From the NCBI RefSeq assembly GCF_009914755.1, contig NC_060931.1: a stretch of 64,000 bases of DNA. One strand, written 5' to 3'. Below the pieces are notes generated by a model. The model ran no database searches and was not told where the DNA came from. It saw only the letters and a list, made by a program, of their open reading frames with translations. Positions 13,153-27,200 of this stretch are shown piece after piece. The stretch's first letter is position 1. Each line of letters begins with the position of its first letter. The stretch is from the human T2T-CHM13v2.0 reference genome, Homo sapiens. A program made the position numbers and the translations under genes.

Positions 13153-13250
13153 GGACAGAGGTTTTGTGTCTTTTTGTTTCAGAACTCTTCTTGAGGGCAC
13201 TGTTGGGTATCACCAGGCAGCCTTGGCATAAGACCTGTCATCACAGATTT

Positions 13251-13657
13251 TGATATGGCTTGGATGTTTGCTCCTCCAGGTCTCATGTTGAAATGTGATT
13301 CCCACTGGTGGAGACAGAGCCTGGTGGGAGGTGTCTGGGTCCTGGGGGCGGGTCCCTCATGGATAGTTCAGCACCATCTCCTTGGTGATGAGTGAGTGCC
13401 CACTCTGAGTTCACATGAGAGCTGGTCGTTTAAAAGTGCATGGCACCCCCTGACTCACTGCCTCTCTCACCGTGAGATGCACCTGCTCCCCCTTCACCCT
13501 CCACCATGATTGGAAACTTCTTGAGGCCTCGCCAGAAGCAGATGCTGGTGCCATGCTTGCAGCCTGCAGAACCTCGAGCCAATCAAGCCTCTTGTCTTTA
13601 TGAATTCCCCAGCTGCAGGTGGGCGCCTTTAGAGCACCGCAAGGATGGCCTAACACA
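13251..13657 (+). mobile_element. MST (MaLR) solo LTR, MSTB-like
   Basis: TGATATGGCTTGGATGTTTG...CTCATGTTGAAATGTGAT...CCAGAAGCAGATGCTGGTGCCATGCTT...CTAACACA; 5-bp TSD GATTT/GATTC. Confidence 0.9.
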
Positions 13658-14099
13658 GATTCCCACTCCAATTTAGCTCCAGGAAAAAGTCGGTTTTGCT
13701 TTCTGCTTTTTTGTTCTTTGGACAAATTTAGAAGTTTTCTTTCTGTTAGAAAATGAAAATTATGCCCCTGGACAAGTTTCCTGTTTCGCTTCAGCTGTCA
13801 GGAAACCCCGTGCCCAGCTGCAAAGCCAGCCCGAGTGGCAGTCCTGCCACGAGGCGCCAGCTCTTCTGTCTGGGACCGGGGTCCTCCTTCTGGAGGCTCG
13901 TGTGTCTGTTGTCCTCTCGTGAGGCGTGAGGAGCAGAGGGTCTGGGGGCAACAGGACAGACTCCCTTCTTCTCTCATGGGAAGGTGTTTGCTTTAGGTCC
14001 TCCCTCTAACGTTCTAATCTCAAACCCATACACGTTTCCTCTAACATTTATCAGACTCCACAGAACTGGACAGACCTCTGTAAATACCAAACTGGCTTC

Positions 14100-14520
14100 G
14101 TATGCTTCAGCTTTACAATGCACCATTTAAAAAAATGACAGGGTCCAGGGCTTAGACATTTACATCCTATGCAAATCATTATGGCAAGTGTATGAATCAG
14201 AAAAATGTGCTTTGAATTGGGCTGGCCTCTCCTTTCAATATTGCCTTTTATTTGAAAAGAGGCAAACAGAAAGGAATTATATCTATTTGCTTTTTCTGTT
14301 GAATATTTTAATGGTTTGTTCTGTCTGAGAAAACCTGATGTTTAGCTAAAGTTGACAGAAACCACAAGTGGACGTGTCAAAACAAGCTGGAGAAATTTAC
14401 TTTTGATGTGTTTTATTGAGATATCCGGGTACTTTCCAATTATTTTATGCCAAGAAAGGTAATTCTTCACAAAAAAATGATTTCTTTTGAAAACCACAAG
14501 TGTAACTTGTCAAACCTTAA
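14100..14520. promoter_or_regulatory. Candidate enhancer (AT-rich unique island with octamer and duplicated RUNX module)
   Basis: ATGCAAAT at 14169-14176; AAACCACAAGTG(N4-5)TGTCAAA at ~14359 and ~14491. Motif evidence only. Confidence 0.35.
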
Positions 14521-15329
14521 ATATCATTTAGATCCATCGCGGGGGAAGTTCTAAGGCAGGCTCTGCGGCTCCTGGCAGGAACAAGAAAGCAGATTTGATG
14601 GACGCGTGTGCAGCGTGCGTAGCCGTCCCTCCATGCTGTCCTCCACACACGGGGTGACATGGGAGGCAGGCGGCCTCCTCCGTGCTCAGGAGGAATTTGT
14701 GGCACTTTGCGTCCTCACTGCCCTGCTCCCCGCAGCAGCACCCAGAGCTGTCGTTGGGTTCTGAGGCTGCTGAACTGTGAGTGAGTAAAGAGCTTCGAGC
14801 CGCTGAAGCTCACTGGCTCTCGGCTCTGAGACACAGGGATGTTCAGACAGGCGGCCTCTGTTCTGGGGGTGCTGGAAGGGCCCAGATGGCGTGTGGCAGT
14901 CAGCCAGGCCTGGGGCCAGCACCGATTCTGCCACCCAGGAGTCCCCAAGCCTCCCTGAGCCTGGTTCCTCTTCTTAATGCCAGGGCGAGCAGGTCTCTCC
15001 TGCATGGTGATGGAGCCCTAATGAACAGCACTCAAGGACTCTCGGCCATGTGTGCTGGGCGCAGGGCCCGCTGTGCAGGAGCCCGTGGACGGACGTGTGC
15101 CCTTCTCCTCCAGCTTGGATAACTGAAGCCCAGAGAGAGACCGCTCCCCAACCTTGCCCTGCCTCTTAGCAGAGTCCAGCTCTGCACGCACACAGCTCGC
15201 AGCTCCCTTCCTTCGTGGGGTGAAATCCAAATTCTTTGTAGACACGGGCACTGTGCACACGTGAAATACCTGTGTTCTTCGGCACCAGATTTTTCAAAAG
15301 GTGACTTAAGAAACAGCTCACAAATACAA

Positions 15330-16320
15330 AGACAATGGGGAAGGGAGGCGTTTTCAGATTAGACAGAAACCACATGAAAGACGCTTCGGAAGAGGAGCGA
15401 GGTTTGGACTTGACTCGGCAGTGGGCGGGGCCGGATCCCGGGTCTTCCAGGAGGGGCCCAGGCGCGTGGAACCGCGGGGGTGGGGGGCTCCCAGGAGGCA
15501 GCCCTGCCCTGGGGGGATGCCCGGAAGCCCCCGCGCCCCCGCCTGGCCACATGCTCCGTGGGGGATTGGAAAACCATCTTCTCCATCGGCACAGACGGTT
15601 GGAGCTGTGGGGCCTCAGAGGACAGCTGCGAGAACTGCTCTGGTTGAGGTCCGGAGGGGCGCATCCCTCGGTCTGGGCACTGGGACTGCTCTGCCCGTGG
15701 CCTGAATTTTACCACTCAATGTTCTTTAAAAAGGAGGACGAGGACAACAAGCACGGGAAAAGTCCATGTTTAATTAAGGTGCGGCCCCCTGGGGAGGAGC
15801 GCACACGTGGTCAAGGTGCATGAGGCAGAGGCCCACCTGGGAGCCCGCCAGGCAGCGCCAGGTCACAGGTCCCAGCCCTCAGCTGGACGGGCCGTCCCTC
15901 CTCGGAGGCTGCAGGGTGGGATTGCATCCCCGGTGCAGGTGGGATTTGGCCCATTTTGAGTCGGGCTGTGTGAACATCTGCAGCTGCCTGGGTTGCTGGG
16001 TCTGGCCCATAGTGGACCCAGGCGCACCTTTGCCAGGCTGAGTGGGAGGCACCGGCAGGTTCACCAGGCTCAGGTCTGTCTGCCTTTCTCCTGTCGCCCT
16101 GGTGTGTGCTAGCTCTCTTGGGGTGTGCCTAACCTTTCAGCTTCCTTCCCACCACCTCTTCCCTACTTTTGTGTCCCTGCAAGAAGGAGGAGAGGACCCT
16201 GGTCCAGGGCCGTCCACAAGCCTTTGTGGGTCCCTGGGTCTTTGTGGGTTCCCAGGGCGGGGCGGGGGCTGGCTGCCCTATGTCGCTCCAGCCTCGGCTG
16301 GTGAGAAGGCCCAGCCTTGG
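15330..16320. promoter_or_regulatory. CpG-rich, GC-rich segment; candidate promoter/enhancer
   Basis: Dense CpGs at 15380-15700; ARE-like TGACTCGGCA (15411-15420) next to GC box GGGCGGGGC (15423-15431); RUNX-like AACCACA at 15368. Confidence 0.45.
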
Positions 16321-18153
16321 CTGACTTGATGTGGTTCCCACCAGGCTGCCCGCTGCTCCCTCAAAGCGGGGCCCCAGGTCAGCTATAGGATCCTGAGCCA
16401 GGCTGTGCTGCCTGGGGCTGAGTGAACTCTGGAAATACAAGTCTGGGGAGAATGTGTTCTCCTGACTTCTGTGCAGAGCCCACTTGAGACCAGGAGGACC
16501 CAGGGGTGACCTGACGCCCTGGACGGCAGGGGAGCAGGGTTATCCAAGACCCTGGGAGGGGAAGGTGGCTGGGGCTTGTCCCGAACTGGAGGGAGGAGGA
16601 CACTGGATGGTTCCGGGTGTGGGTAGATAGAGGCCACATTGGTGCTGGGGCCCTGGAACCCCGGGGGCCACAGTCCAGTGAAGGAGTGTCCGGGACCCCT
16701 GGTACCGAGCCCTAGGTATGGCGGGTCGTGTTCAAAAATAGATTGTACGAGACTTTGTCCTTCTTCTCTTTGGCCATTCTCAGCGGGGCTTGGGTTCCTC
16801 GGGAATTTCTCAAGGGAAGAATCAGAGGGACAGGGGAGACGACAGAGCCCGCTTCTGTTCCTCCTTCACTAGTGGGGAGTCTCGCGTGCACGAGTGGGAA
16901 GGGCTCTTGGCCCACAGGTGAGGCTGCCTGGGCTGGGGCCTGCAGTCAGATGCCATCTGTGAGGCCTTTGGCAACACTATTTTTCCATTAACCTAAGAAG
17001 AATAGGATAAACCAGCACATTCTAAATCACCCAAATTGTCAGCAAGCACACGCGAGTGGCACTGCAGTGTTTGCGCGTGTTTCTGCTCCTCAATCGCATT
17101 GGTGTGGAGCCGCCCGCCAGTTTCTCATTCACAGTGCAGGGCTTCTCAAAGCGGGGCTGTTCTCAGGCCCTTGAGGCCTGGAGTTTGCTGGCCTGGCCTG
17201 CGCTGTGGCATCAACACCCCACGTGAGCTTCGACTCCTTGTCTCTTCTTGCCTCCTCCTCAGTAGGTGTCAGGGTCCCTGGGTCGCCTCACTGCTCACCC
17301 CAACTTGCTCTCAGTAGATGGGCTCCCAGCCACGACTCTACGCCCCTCTGTCTGTAACAGCCAACTCCACAGGCCTGGCTGGCCTCTCTCCTGGGCACCA
17401 GGTCCTACGCACAAACACCACCAGACCCATCCATGCCTGGATGTCCTGCATGGGTCTGGACATCAACCCAGAGCGAGGCTCAGCCTCCTGCATCCCCACA
17501 GCCTTCTACAGACTCCCTCTCGGTTTGGATCATTTCCGTCTGCCAAGCGGAACGCATTAAGCTGGGAGTGAACCTTGACACCACGCTCTTCCTTCCTTCT
17601 TCTATCTGGTTGGCTTCAAAAATCCAACAGGCCCTGTCTTGGCCGCTTGCCGTGCCCCGGCCTCTGCAGGGCGCTGCCCCTGTTGTCTTTCCCCAGGTAC
17701 TCACTGACCAGCTGGGCTCATTGCAGCAGCCCAGACTCTGGTTCCTCTTCTCTTTCAGGGGATGGAGGGTAGGGACCACATCGTACAGCCGTCACCTCTC
17801 GCCTCCTCTTCTCTTGCCCCACCAGGGCTGAGCCTGTGCGTGACTCATCATCACTCACAGACGTGACGCTGTGTGGCTGAGACCAAACAGCACCAAGACC
17901 AAGCTCTTTGGGAAAGCCTAGGAGCCCCCGAAGGCTATGTCAGGAGCTGGTGAGGATCTCTGCCCCTTGGGAGGAATCCTCGCACGGGAAGAGCCAGGGC
18001 TGCCAGACGTCAGGCCATCCTTTAGGACAGTGCTGCCAAGCCTTTTACTCGTCCTGGCGCACAGGAAAAGGAACATCTTTGTGTGACAAGATGGCAGAGT
18101 CCTGGAGGGCGGCAGTCCCAGGGCAGAGTCCCCTCCCCAGGCACAGCCCTTGC

Positions 18154-18261
18154 CTGTTGTTCCCGGTTCCCCTGCACGCCGGGCGTTCTCTGTTGTCCCT
18201 GGTTCCTCTGCACACCGGGCGTTCTCTGTCGCCCCCTGTTCCCCTGCACGCTGGGTGTTCT
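18154..18261. repeat. Minisatellite, 3 x 36 bp
   Basis: CTGT(T/C)G.CCC..GTTCC(C/T)CTGCAC(G/A)C(C/T)GGG(C/T)GTTCT repeated three times. Confidence 0.9.
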
Positions 18262-19546
18262 GGGATGCGCTCATTTATGCTTGGGGTCCTCACCGTCTCC
18301 CATGGTGCTGGGAGAGAATCTCTCTCCATGGGGATGATTTGTGGAGGGAAAAACCTGGCGAAGTTTGACATGTGAAAGGATTACACGTGTCATCTGTGAC
18401 AGGGTGGCTGCAGAGAGCTACAGGTACAGCGTCCTGCTTGCCCCAGCTCGGCAGGGTGTGGCTGGGGACTTGGGCCGCCCTTTCCCCTTTGTGGGTCTCA
18501 GTTTCATCAGTAGGGTTGGGAGTCAGTAGGGTGGCCTCCCAGCCCCTCCATGGGAGCCCCCTCCTCTTCCTTGATCTTTGTCTGTTTTTCTCTTCGTTCG
18601 GCTGGCAACAAGCTGTCACCCTCTGGCTTCCCAGGGAATCCAATGGCACCTGTGTTTCCCAGGCCTGGGTGCCGCGGTCCCGCAGTGGCATCCTCGCCTC
18701 TCCCCTCGTTCATCAGCATCTTTGCAGCCGTAGCCCCTTGTTTCTCTCTGTGGATTGCAGACCAGGGACAGCTCGGCTGAGTGGCTCCTAAAGATACTTT
18801 CCAAACCTCCCAGTTAACTCTGTTTCATGGGGTTAAGGGCGCTGTCTTTTCTTCCACACAATCATTTGTTGCAATGCTGTCTTGCCCAAGTTATGCCATG
18901 CATTTTGCCAAGCGCTGGTCTCCCCTGGTGTCCTGGCGTTTGCCATCCCAGGGCCCCGCCACACTGCCTGGGCCTACCTGGGTCTCCTCTCGGAGCAAAC
19001 CCACAGCCACCCAAGTCACGCTGTTTCCGTGGGTGTGTGCCGTGGGTGTCTTATGTGTGCATGGGGCTAAGTCTGGAATTTACTCATTAAAACTTATGAA
19101 ACCACTGCGAGGTCACGGTGAGGCTCCCGTGGGAGCGGGCCACAGCAGCCCCGGGCTGGAAGTCAAACAAGGAAGTGGGATCGTGTTGGAACCTGACGCT
19201 TCTGCCGGTGTGCTGGGTGCAGAGAATGGCTCTGACAATCAGAGCAATGGCACAAAAGGGCCACAGTGACTGTGCAGAGGTCAGGGCTTCATTTCAGGCC
19301 CAGAGGGAAGTAGGTGGGAGTTGGAGCTGCCTTCCCTTGTGGCCCTCTGGCCTGGTCCTGCTGATGGCAGGGCTGCTGTGAGGGTAGGGGTTGACATGAC
19401 ACAAATCCACCCTGGAGCTTATGAACATTGCCGTGGAGGTTTCTATGTGAACCACATTCACATGTTTTCAAGGAACATAAAAACTAAAAACTAAATGAAT
19501 TCATAAATAAAGTATAATTGACGTCATAATGAGCACCTGCTGAACC

Positions 19547-19795
19547 AGCAGAGCATGGCGGCGAAGGTCATGATCTTTGGAATCGAACAGATCTGGGTTC
19601 GAGGCTCAGCCTGGCTACTTCCTGGTTGTGTAATCTTGGCTGCGTGAATTGACCGCAGTTGGCCTTGGTTTCCTCGTCTGTGAAACGGGGGCAGTGGTGA
19701 CACAGGCTGCTGGCTGAGGTTAAATGAGAGCATGTGGGTGAGCCACAGTTCAGTGCATGGCATGCGGGAGGCCTTCAGTAAGTGGTAGCTACCCC
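19547..19795 (+). mobile_element. Near full-length MIR
   Basis: TTTGGAATCGAACAGATCTGGGTTCGAGG...GGTTTCCTCGTCTGTGAAACGGGG...GAGGTTAAATGAG. Confidence 0.85.
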
Positions 19796-21124
19796 GTCAT
19801 CATCACTGTCACCTGGGATGTCTCCAGCCCGCCCTGTGTCAGAAGGCGGCCCTCCTTCCTGTCGGTGCTGGGGCATTTCCTGCTCACTGGCTGCCCCCTG
19901 TACAGATCAGCTCTCCCTCCCCTCTGCAGCCTCCCAGGTGACCTCCTGCTAAAGATTCCAGCACCTACAAAACGTGTTCTTACTCATTTTATGGGTGTCC
20001 TTATCAAAAAGCACCACCCGCTCAACTTTACCTTCATAAACTGGATTGTTTCCTTTTTCTTCCTAAAGCAAAGATGCCTCCCTGCCAAGATTGGGGCATT
20101 TTATGGTTCATTCAAACCCAAATGTATCATCTAGATTGATAAGAAACACACCCAGTGCCAAGTGCTTAGGGCACAGGTACCTAATCGGGGGGAATGACTG
20201 ACAAGCAGAATCCTTCCCAGACTTCAGCTCTCTTTCCTCCTTGGCCCTTCACATGGGGAGGGAAGGGGGCTGCTTGGAGAAGACGCTAGAAGGAAGGGTT
20301 GGGTTCAGCGGTGACTCTGAGCTGTGAAGTGCCTCGGATGCAGGGCTGTGAGCAGGGCGCCTTGGGTGAGCAGTGGTTCCTGAGGTAACCAGGATGCAGC
20401 AGCTCTGCAGAGGTGGCTCCCAGCTGCCTGCTCTTGTTCTCTCCCGACGCTGCTCCCTGGGAAGGGAGGCTGGGAGGAGTCTGGAGATGCATCCCAGGAC
20501 CGCTTTGCAGAGACCTGGAGCACTGATGACTGAGCAGTGTTTCTAATGATGGTCTGAGGCTCAGGCAGTGACTGCCTTGAGGCCAGTCTGGTCTTGCAGT
20601 GCGAATTTAAAAAGATCCCTAAAACAAAAATGTCACTCGGGCAAATGGTGCTTGTTGGTCCAGCGGGCGAATTTGCTAGGGTGCTGGAGGGAGTCAGGGT
20701 GTCTTTGGGCTGCCCACTCCCACTTTTCAATCTTAGGGTCTTTTAAGAGCAATTTTGGCAAAATGCGACAGCAGCCAGTTTTCAGTGCATAAGGAGAAGG
20801 AGAAAAGAAGCAGGCCGAGTCTGTCTCCAGCACAGACTCCAAAAGCAGAGCCGAAGGGTGGGCTGAGGGGAGGCGGCGGCCAGCAGGAGGGGACGGGTGA
20901 GTCCTGTAATTCAAACAGACAGAAGTGCTGGGATGGAAAATGGGCTTTTTGAACGCACGCTCCAGCCCTGCGCTCCCAGCAGGGGCCCGGGAGCTAGCTA
21001 ATGGCCCCCGGACCTGATCATTTATCTTTATCAACTGTCAGTTAGGGAGACCATGACAGGGCTCCTCTCATGCCTTAAACAGAGGCTGCCCCTCGTCTGA
21101 CACAGAGGGACCCAAGGGGTCCTT

Positions 21125-21225
21125 CCCTGCAGCCCCTTCACTTTGCAGATGGAGAGACTGAGGATATACAGCTCACCCTACGGTGCACAGCGTCGGGGCA
21201 GAATGGGGCTCTCTAGACACCCCTA
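21125..21225 (-). mobile_element. MIR fragment
   Basis: CACTTTGCAGATGGAGAGACTGAGG matches the reverse MIR core. Confidence 0.55.
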
Positions 21226-22876
21226 CCCGCATTCACTCACCTCACCCGGCTGCTGTCAATTTTCATAGCTCTTCCTGTTTTGGAAACGAGCATGGAACTT
21301 ATTTTTAGCTGCATAGAGGTAAGAGGTGTTGCGGGACCAAGCGTGGAGCCACAATCGCCACTGACTTCACCATTGACTTTGCCATTGATATCCTGGTGTC
21401 ACAGTTCCCAGGGAGGAAGAGGTTGCACAACAAGGCCGGCTGGGAAGCGCTTAGGCATATCCCTCAGTGACCGCCCGGACGTCAGCCTGTGTGCCTGGCT
21501 TTGCAGAACAGCTTGGAGTTTTCAGAGACCTCCTTGGGGCTCCCGTCGCTTGGCAGGACACGTCCCAGAAGGGTGCCTTCTGGAGCGCGTCTGAGTAGGA
21601 TGAGGATTGCTTCCTCACCCCTAAACAAGAGTCTGCTCTGAGTACTCCTCACCTCACGCTCTGAGCTTCCACAGAGAACCCCTCCACTCATGGCGTGAAC
21701 GAGGAGCGCAGAGCTGGGCCTGCTTGGGGACAAGCCCGGAGCAAGATGACGGGGATGTCAGGTGTTGACGGGGATGTCACCTGTCACTTGGGAATGAACA
21801 CATGTTCTCTGCATTGTCCCCAAGGACCCCAATCCCTCTGAGCACAGACTCTGGAAAGCGTGCGCCATTCACCATCGGCTCTGTTTTACAACTGAGGTAG
21901 CCGGGGGATGGAGCAGGAAGGGCGTGCCCAGGTCCAGGAGCCCTCAGTGCTTCTCCAGCCGGCCCGACGGGTACACGAGAAGTCGGTGCTGCCGGGGCGC
22001 AGGCTTGGCCTCGCATGGCTGGAAAGGGCATGGGTTCAGCTCTGGTGGCGGCATCTGGTCCAGGAAAATCTAGTGGAACAGTGTGGTTGCACAGGGCAGA
22101 GGTGCACCCCTACCTCACCGGCACCCACTTGCAGGGCAGAAGACATGGGCCCCGTCTTCTGTGCCAGCTCGGACAGTGGCATCCATGCCCTGGGCCCTAT
22201 GACTTATCCTAAGACAGCTCCTGTCTGTCCCCACTGGTTTCTGGAACAGGCCTCCCCAGTGGCGGACGGAGGCTATTTCTGAGGGAGCCCCAGGTGGAGG
22301 GGTCACAGCTATCAGAGCCACCCCACAATGGCTGCATGTGCCAAGAAGCCTCCAGCAGTGGGAGAGCCGCACCACGGAGCAGACAGATTCCTGGAGCATC
22401 CAGGACTGTCGGTCTCCTGGGCCCAGCGGTGCCAGCAAGCCCGCTGCACATCCCTGCCCAAGTCCCTTCTGTTCCTCAAGTGTCCCCTGTCCTCATCCTG
22501 AAGAGGCCCTGCTTCATTTCCCTCGCAGGCCCCCCACAGCAGGGAGAAGGTGCAGCTTCCCGCAGGGCTCCTCAGTGTCCCACTGCCCCACTTGTGCGTC
22601 CCCGAAGTCACGTCCTCTCTTTGCAGCAGAAGGAGGGTGTCCAGGGCATCAAGGGCCAATCCTACCCTTAGACCCAGGACCACGCCTCTCAAAACTTTTG
22701 AATAACTACAGCCCCGATGGCCTGTCCCTCAGCTTCTCATGCTCTGAGAAGCATCAGGTGCCTCGGAGGCAGTCCCCTCTGAAGGCATCGCCAGAGGAGG
22801 CAGCCACTGGCCTGTCTCCCTCCCCTCCTTTAACCCCACTGACATTGCCTTGCTGGGACACCTTCCTCTGACTTCG

Positions 22877-23130
22877 CAGTTTTCAAACATTTTGGTTTCA
22901 AGACCCTGTCACATCCTTAAAAATCACTGAGTTTACTGTATTGGGAATTAAAACTGAAAAATTTAAGACGTGTATTAATTCATATAAAAATACTAATAAT
23001 AATCCCATGACATACGGTATTTTTATACAAGTAGGACTGTGGCATTGATTTATATTTTTACAAATGTCTTTCATGTCTGGCTTAAGACAGGATGTCTGGA
23101 TTCTCACATATGTGTTTGTGAGATATTACA
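22877..23130. mobile_element. hAT-Charlie DNA transposon remnant
   Basis: CAGTTTTCAAACATTTTGGTTTCAAGACCC...TGGCATTG..TTATATTTTTACAAATGTCTTTCATGTCTGGCTTAA resembles a Charlie terminus; truncated by the adjacent L1. Confidence 0.55.
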
Positions 23131-23563
23131 CGCAGCTTTATGAGGTTATTACTCACATTTAATGCAGTTTGCAAATCTAAATTGCACAGTTGAATGGTTT
23201 TTAGTGTATTCTACTCACAGACTTGCATAGCTGCCAGCACAGCCAACTTCAGAGCATCAACCCCAAAGAAGCCCCAGACCTCCTCCCAGTCCTTTCCATT
23301 CCTTCCAACCTACCCAGCTATAGACAACCACCTAGAGACTTTCTGTCTTTATGGCGTTCCCTGTTTGGTATTGTTTTAAATATAAATAGAATCTTACAAT
23401 ATGTAGTCTTTTCTTTCACTTAGCATAATCTTTTCAAGGCTCATTCATGTTGTTGTTCATTCCTGTTTATTATTGCATAACATTACGTTGTATGGATATA
23501 CTACATTTTGCTTGTTTATCGGTTGATAGATTTTGGGTTTTCTCTTTATAGCTATTAGGAACA

Positions 23564-24243
<680 letters not shown>

Positions 24244-27200
24244 TCATACCGTTATGAAGATCCACACACAAGTTTTTGTGTGGTCGTGTGTTTTCACTTG
24301 GTTATATTTCACTCTAGGTTATGTGCTTAGTGGTGGCATGACTGGGTCACGTGGAAACTGTGTTTAACATTTTCGAGGTGCAGCTAAACTGTTTTCCAAA
24401 CCTGCAACACATTTTATCTTTTCCCCAGCAGTGTGTGAGGACCGTGCTTTCTACACATCTCTGCTGACACTCCTGATAGTTGGCCTTTTGGATTATAGCC
24501 ATCTTAGTGGGTTTGCAGTGGGACCTCATTGCAGCGGGACCTCATTGCAGCTTAGGCTTGCATTTCTCTAACGGCCAGGGGTGTGGGACATCTTTGCATG
24601 TGCTTTTTGGTACTTTGTATATCTTCTTTGGAGAATTGTCTATTCAAGTTCTTCACTCATTTTTAAATTGGATTGTCTTTTTTATCATTGTGTTTTGAGA
24701 GTCTTTCCTGTATATATATCCTATAAGCCATATCCTGTATGCCATATCCTGTATTCCATATACATGCCATATATATCCTGTATGGCATATATTCTGCATG
24801 CCAGTTCCTTACCAGATACATGATTTGCAAATATTTCCTCCCATTCTGTGGATTGTCTTTTTCATCTCCTTGATTGTGTCCTTTGAAACACAAAAGTTTA
24901 AAATTTTGATGAAGTCCCAACTATCTAATAGTTGTTGTCACGTTTTTGGTGTCATAGCTAAGAAAACATTGCCTAGTGTAAAGTTATGAGAATTTGATCC
25001 TATGTTTCCTTCCAAGAGTTTTATAATTTTAGCTTTTACAATTATGACTATAATCCACTCTGAGTTAATTTTTGTGTATGGTGTGAGGTAGAAGTCCAAT
25101 TTCATTCTTTTGCATGTGGATATCCAGTTGTCCCAGCACCATTGGTTAAAAATACTATTTTCTCCCCATTGAATTTTCTTGGGACCCTTGTTGGAAATCA
25201 GGTAACTATAGAATGTGAGGGTTTATTTTTAAACTCTCAACTCAATCTTGATATCCTATACATCTGTCCTTACACCAGCACCACACTCTGTTGATTACTG
25301 TAGCTTTGTGGGAAATTTTAAGACAGGAAGTGTGAGTTCTCCAACTTTTTTTTTCAAGATTGATTACACTATTATGGGCACTTGCATTTCCATATGAATT
25401 TTAGAATCAGCTTGTCAATTTATGCAAAAAAGGCAGCTGCAATATTTATAGAAATTGTGCTGAATCTATAGGTTAACTTGAGGAGTGTTGCATTTAACAA
25501 CACTAAGCTTTTCAACCCATGGACATGAGATGACTTGCCATTTATTAGATCTTCTTTAATTTCTTTCAAAATGTTTTGTAGTTTCCAAGGTACAAGTTTT
25601 CTATTTCCTTTGTTAAGCTTGTTCCTAAGTATTTTCTTCTTTTTCATACTATTGTAAATGCATTTGCTTTCTTAATTCCATTTTCAGATTGTTCTTTGCT
25701 AGCTTATAGAAATACAATGGCTTTTTGTATATTAATTTTGTATCTTGCAACTTTACTGAACTTGTTTATCAGTGTGAATACTTTTTGAGTGGATTCACTA
25801 GGATTTTCTACATACAAGATTATTATGTCATCTGTGAAAATAAATAGTTTTACTTGTTTTCAAATCTGGATGCCTTTTATTTCTTTTTCTTGCCTAGTTG
25901 CCCTGGCTGGAGCCTCCAGTACAATGTTGAATAGAAGTGGTGAGAATGGATGTCTTTGTCTTGTTCCTGATTTTAGAAAAAGCATTCAGTCCATCACCAT
26001 TAAGTACGATGTTAGGGGTGGGTGTTCCATAGATGCTCTTTGTTGGGTTGAGGAATTTCCCTTTTATCCCTAGTTTGTTGACCATTTTATCATGAAAGCG
26101 TGTCAGATTTCATCATATGTGTTCCCTGTATCTAGTGATAAGTTCATGTTATTCTTTTTCTTATTAATATGTTGTATAACATTGATTAACTTTCATATTT
26201 TGGGCCAACTTTGCATTTCTCGGGTAAGTCCCACTTGGTCATGGAGTATAACCATTTTTATATGTTGCTGAATTCTCTCTGCTTCTATTTTGTTGCAGAT
26301 TTTTGCATTTATATTCATAAGAGACATTGGTCTATACTTACCTTGTGATTTGTTTTTCCGGCTTTGAAATCAGGGTGATACCGGCCTCGGAGAGGAAGTT
26401 TTAGGATTAAGTTTTGAAATAACATTTTAAAAATAGTTTATGAATAATCCTTATTAATTCTTTCAGAAATATTTTGTAGAACTCAATGAAACCAGTGAAA
26501 ACATCTGGGACTGGGATTTTCTTTGCTGGAAGTTTAAAAATTATTAATTAATTCTGTTACTCATTATAGGTTTATTCAGATTTTCTATTTCTTCTTGAGG
26601 CAATTTTGGTAGTTTGTGTCTTTCTAGACATTTGTCCATTTCACCTGAATTGTCTAGTTTCCTGCCATGTAGTTCTTCACAGTACTCTCCTAATAATACT
26701 TTTTTATTTCTGTAAAGTTGGTAGTGACGTCACATGTTCATTCCTGATTTTAGTAATATGAATCTTCTAGATAACAGTGTGTCAATTTTTTTTTTTCCAA
26801 AGAACTTTTGGTTGTCTTATTTTTTTCTATTTTCTATTTAACTTATTTCTTATCTACTCTTTACTGTTTTTTTCTGCTTGCTTTAGTTTTAGTTTGCTCT
26901 TCTAGTGTTTTAAGGTGGAAAGTTATAATATCAGTGTGAGGTCTCTCTTCTTTTTTAGTGTGGATTGTTATAGCTACAAATGACCCTCTAAGTACTGCTT
27001 TAGCTGCATCACGTACATTATAGTATGTTGTGTTTTTTTACTTGCATTTCTCTTGAAGTAGTTTTTAATTTCCCTTGGGATTTCTTTATTTACACATTTA
27101 TTATTTAGGACTACATTGTTTAATTTCTACATATGTTAAAATTTACATTTATTTCTGTTATTCATTTATAATTTCATTCTGTCTATGTTGGAGAACTTAC

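Noticed and set aside
15166-15823. 118-162 aa ORFs in the CpG-rich segment
   Set aside because: Overlapping Gly/Pro/Arg-rich ORFs on both strands are typical of GC-rich non-coding DNA; no homology recognised.
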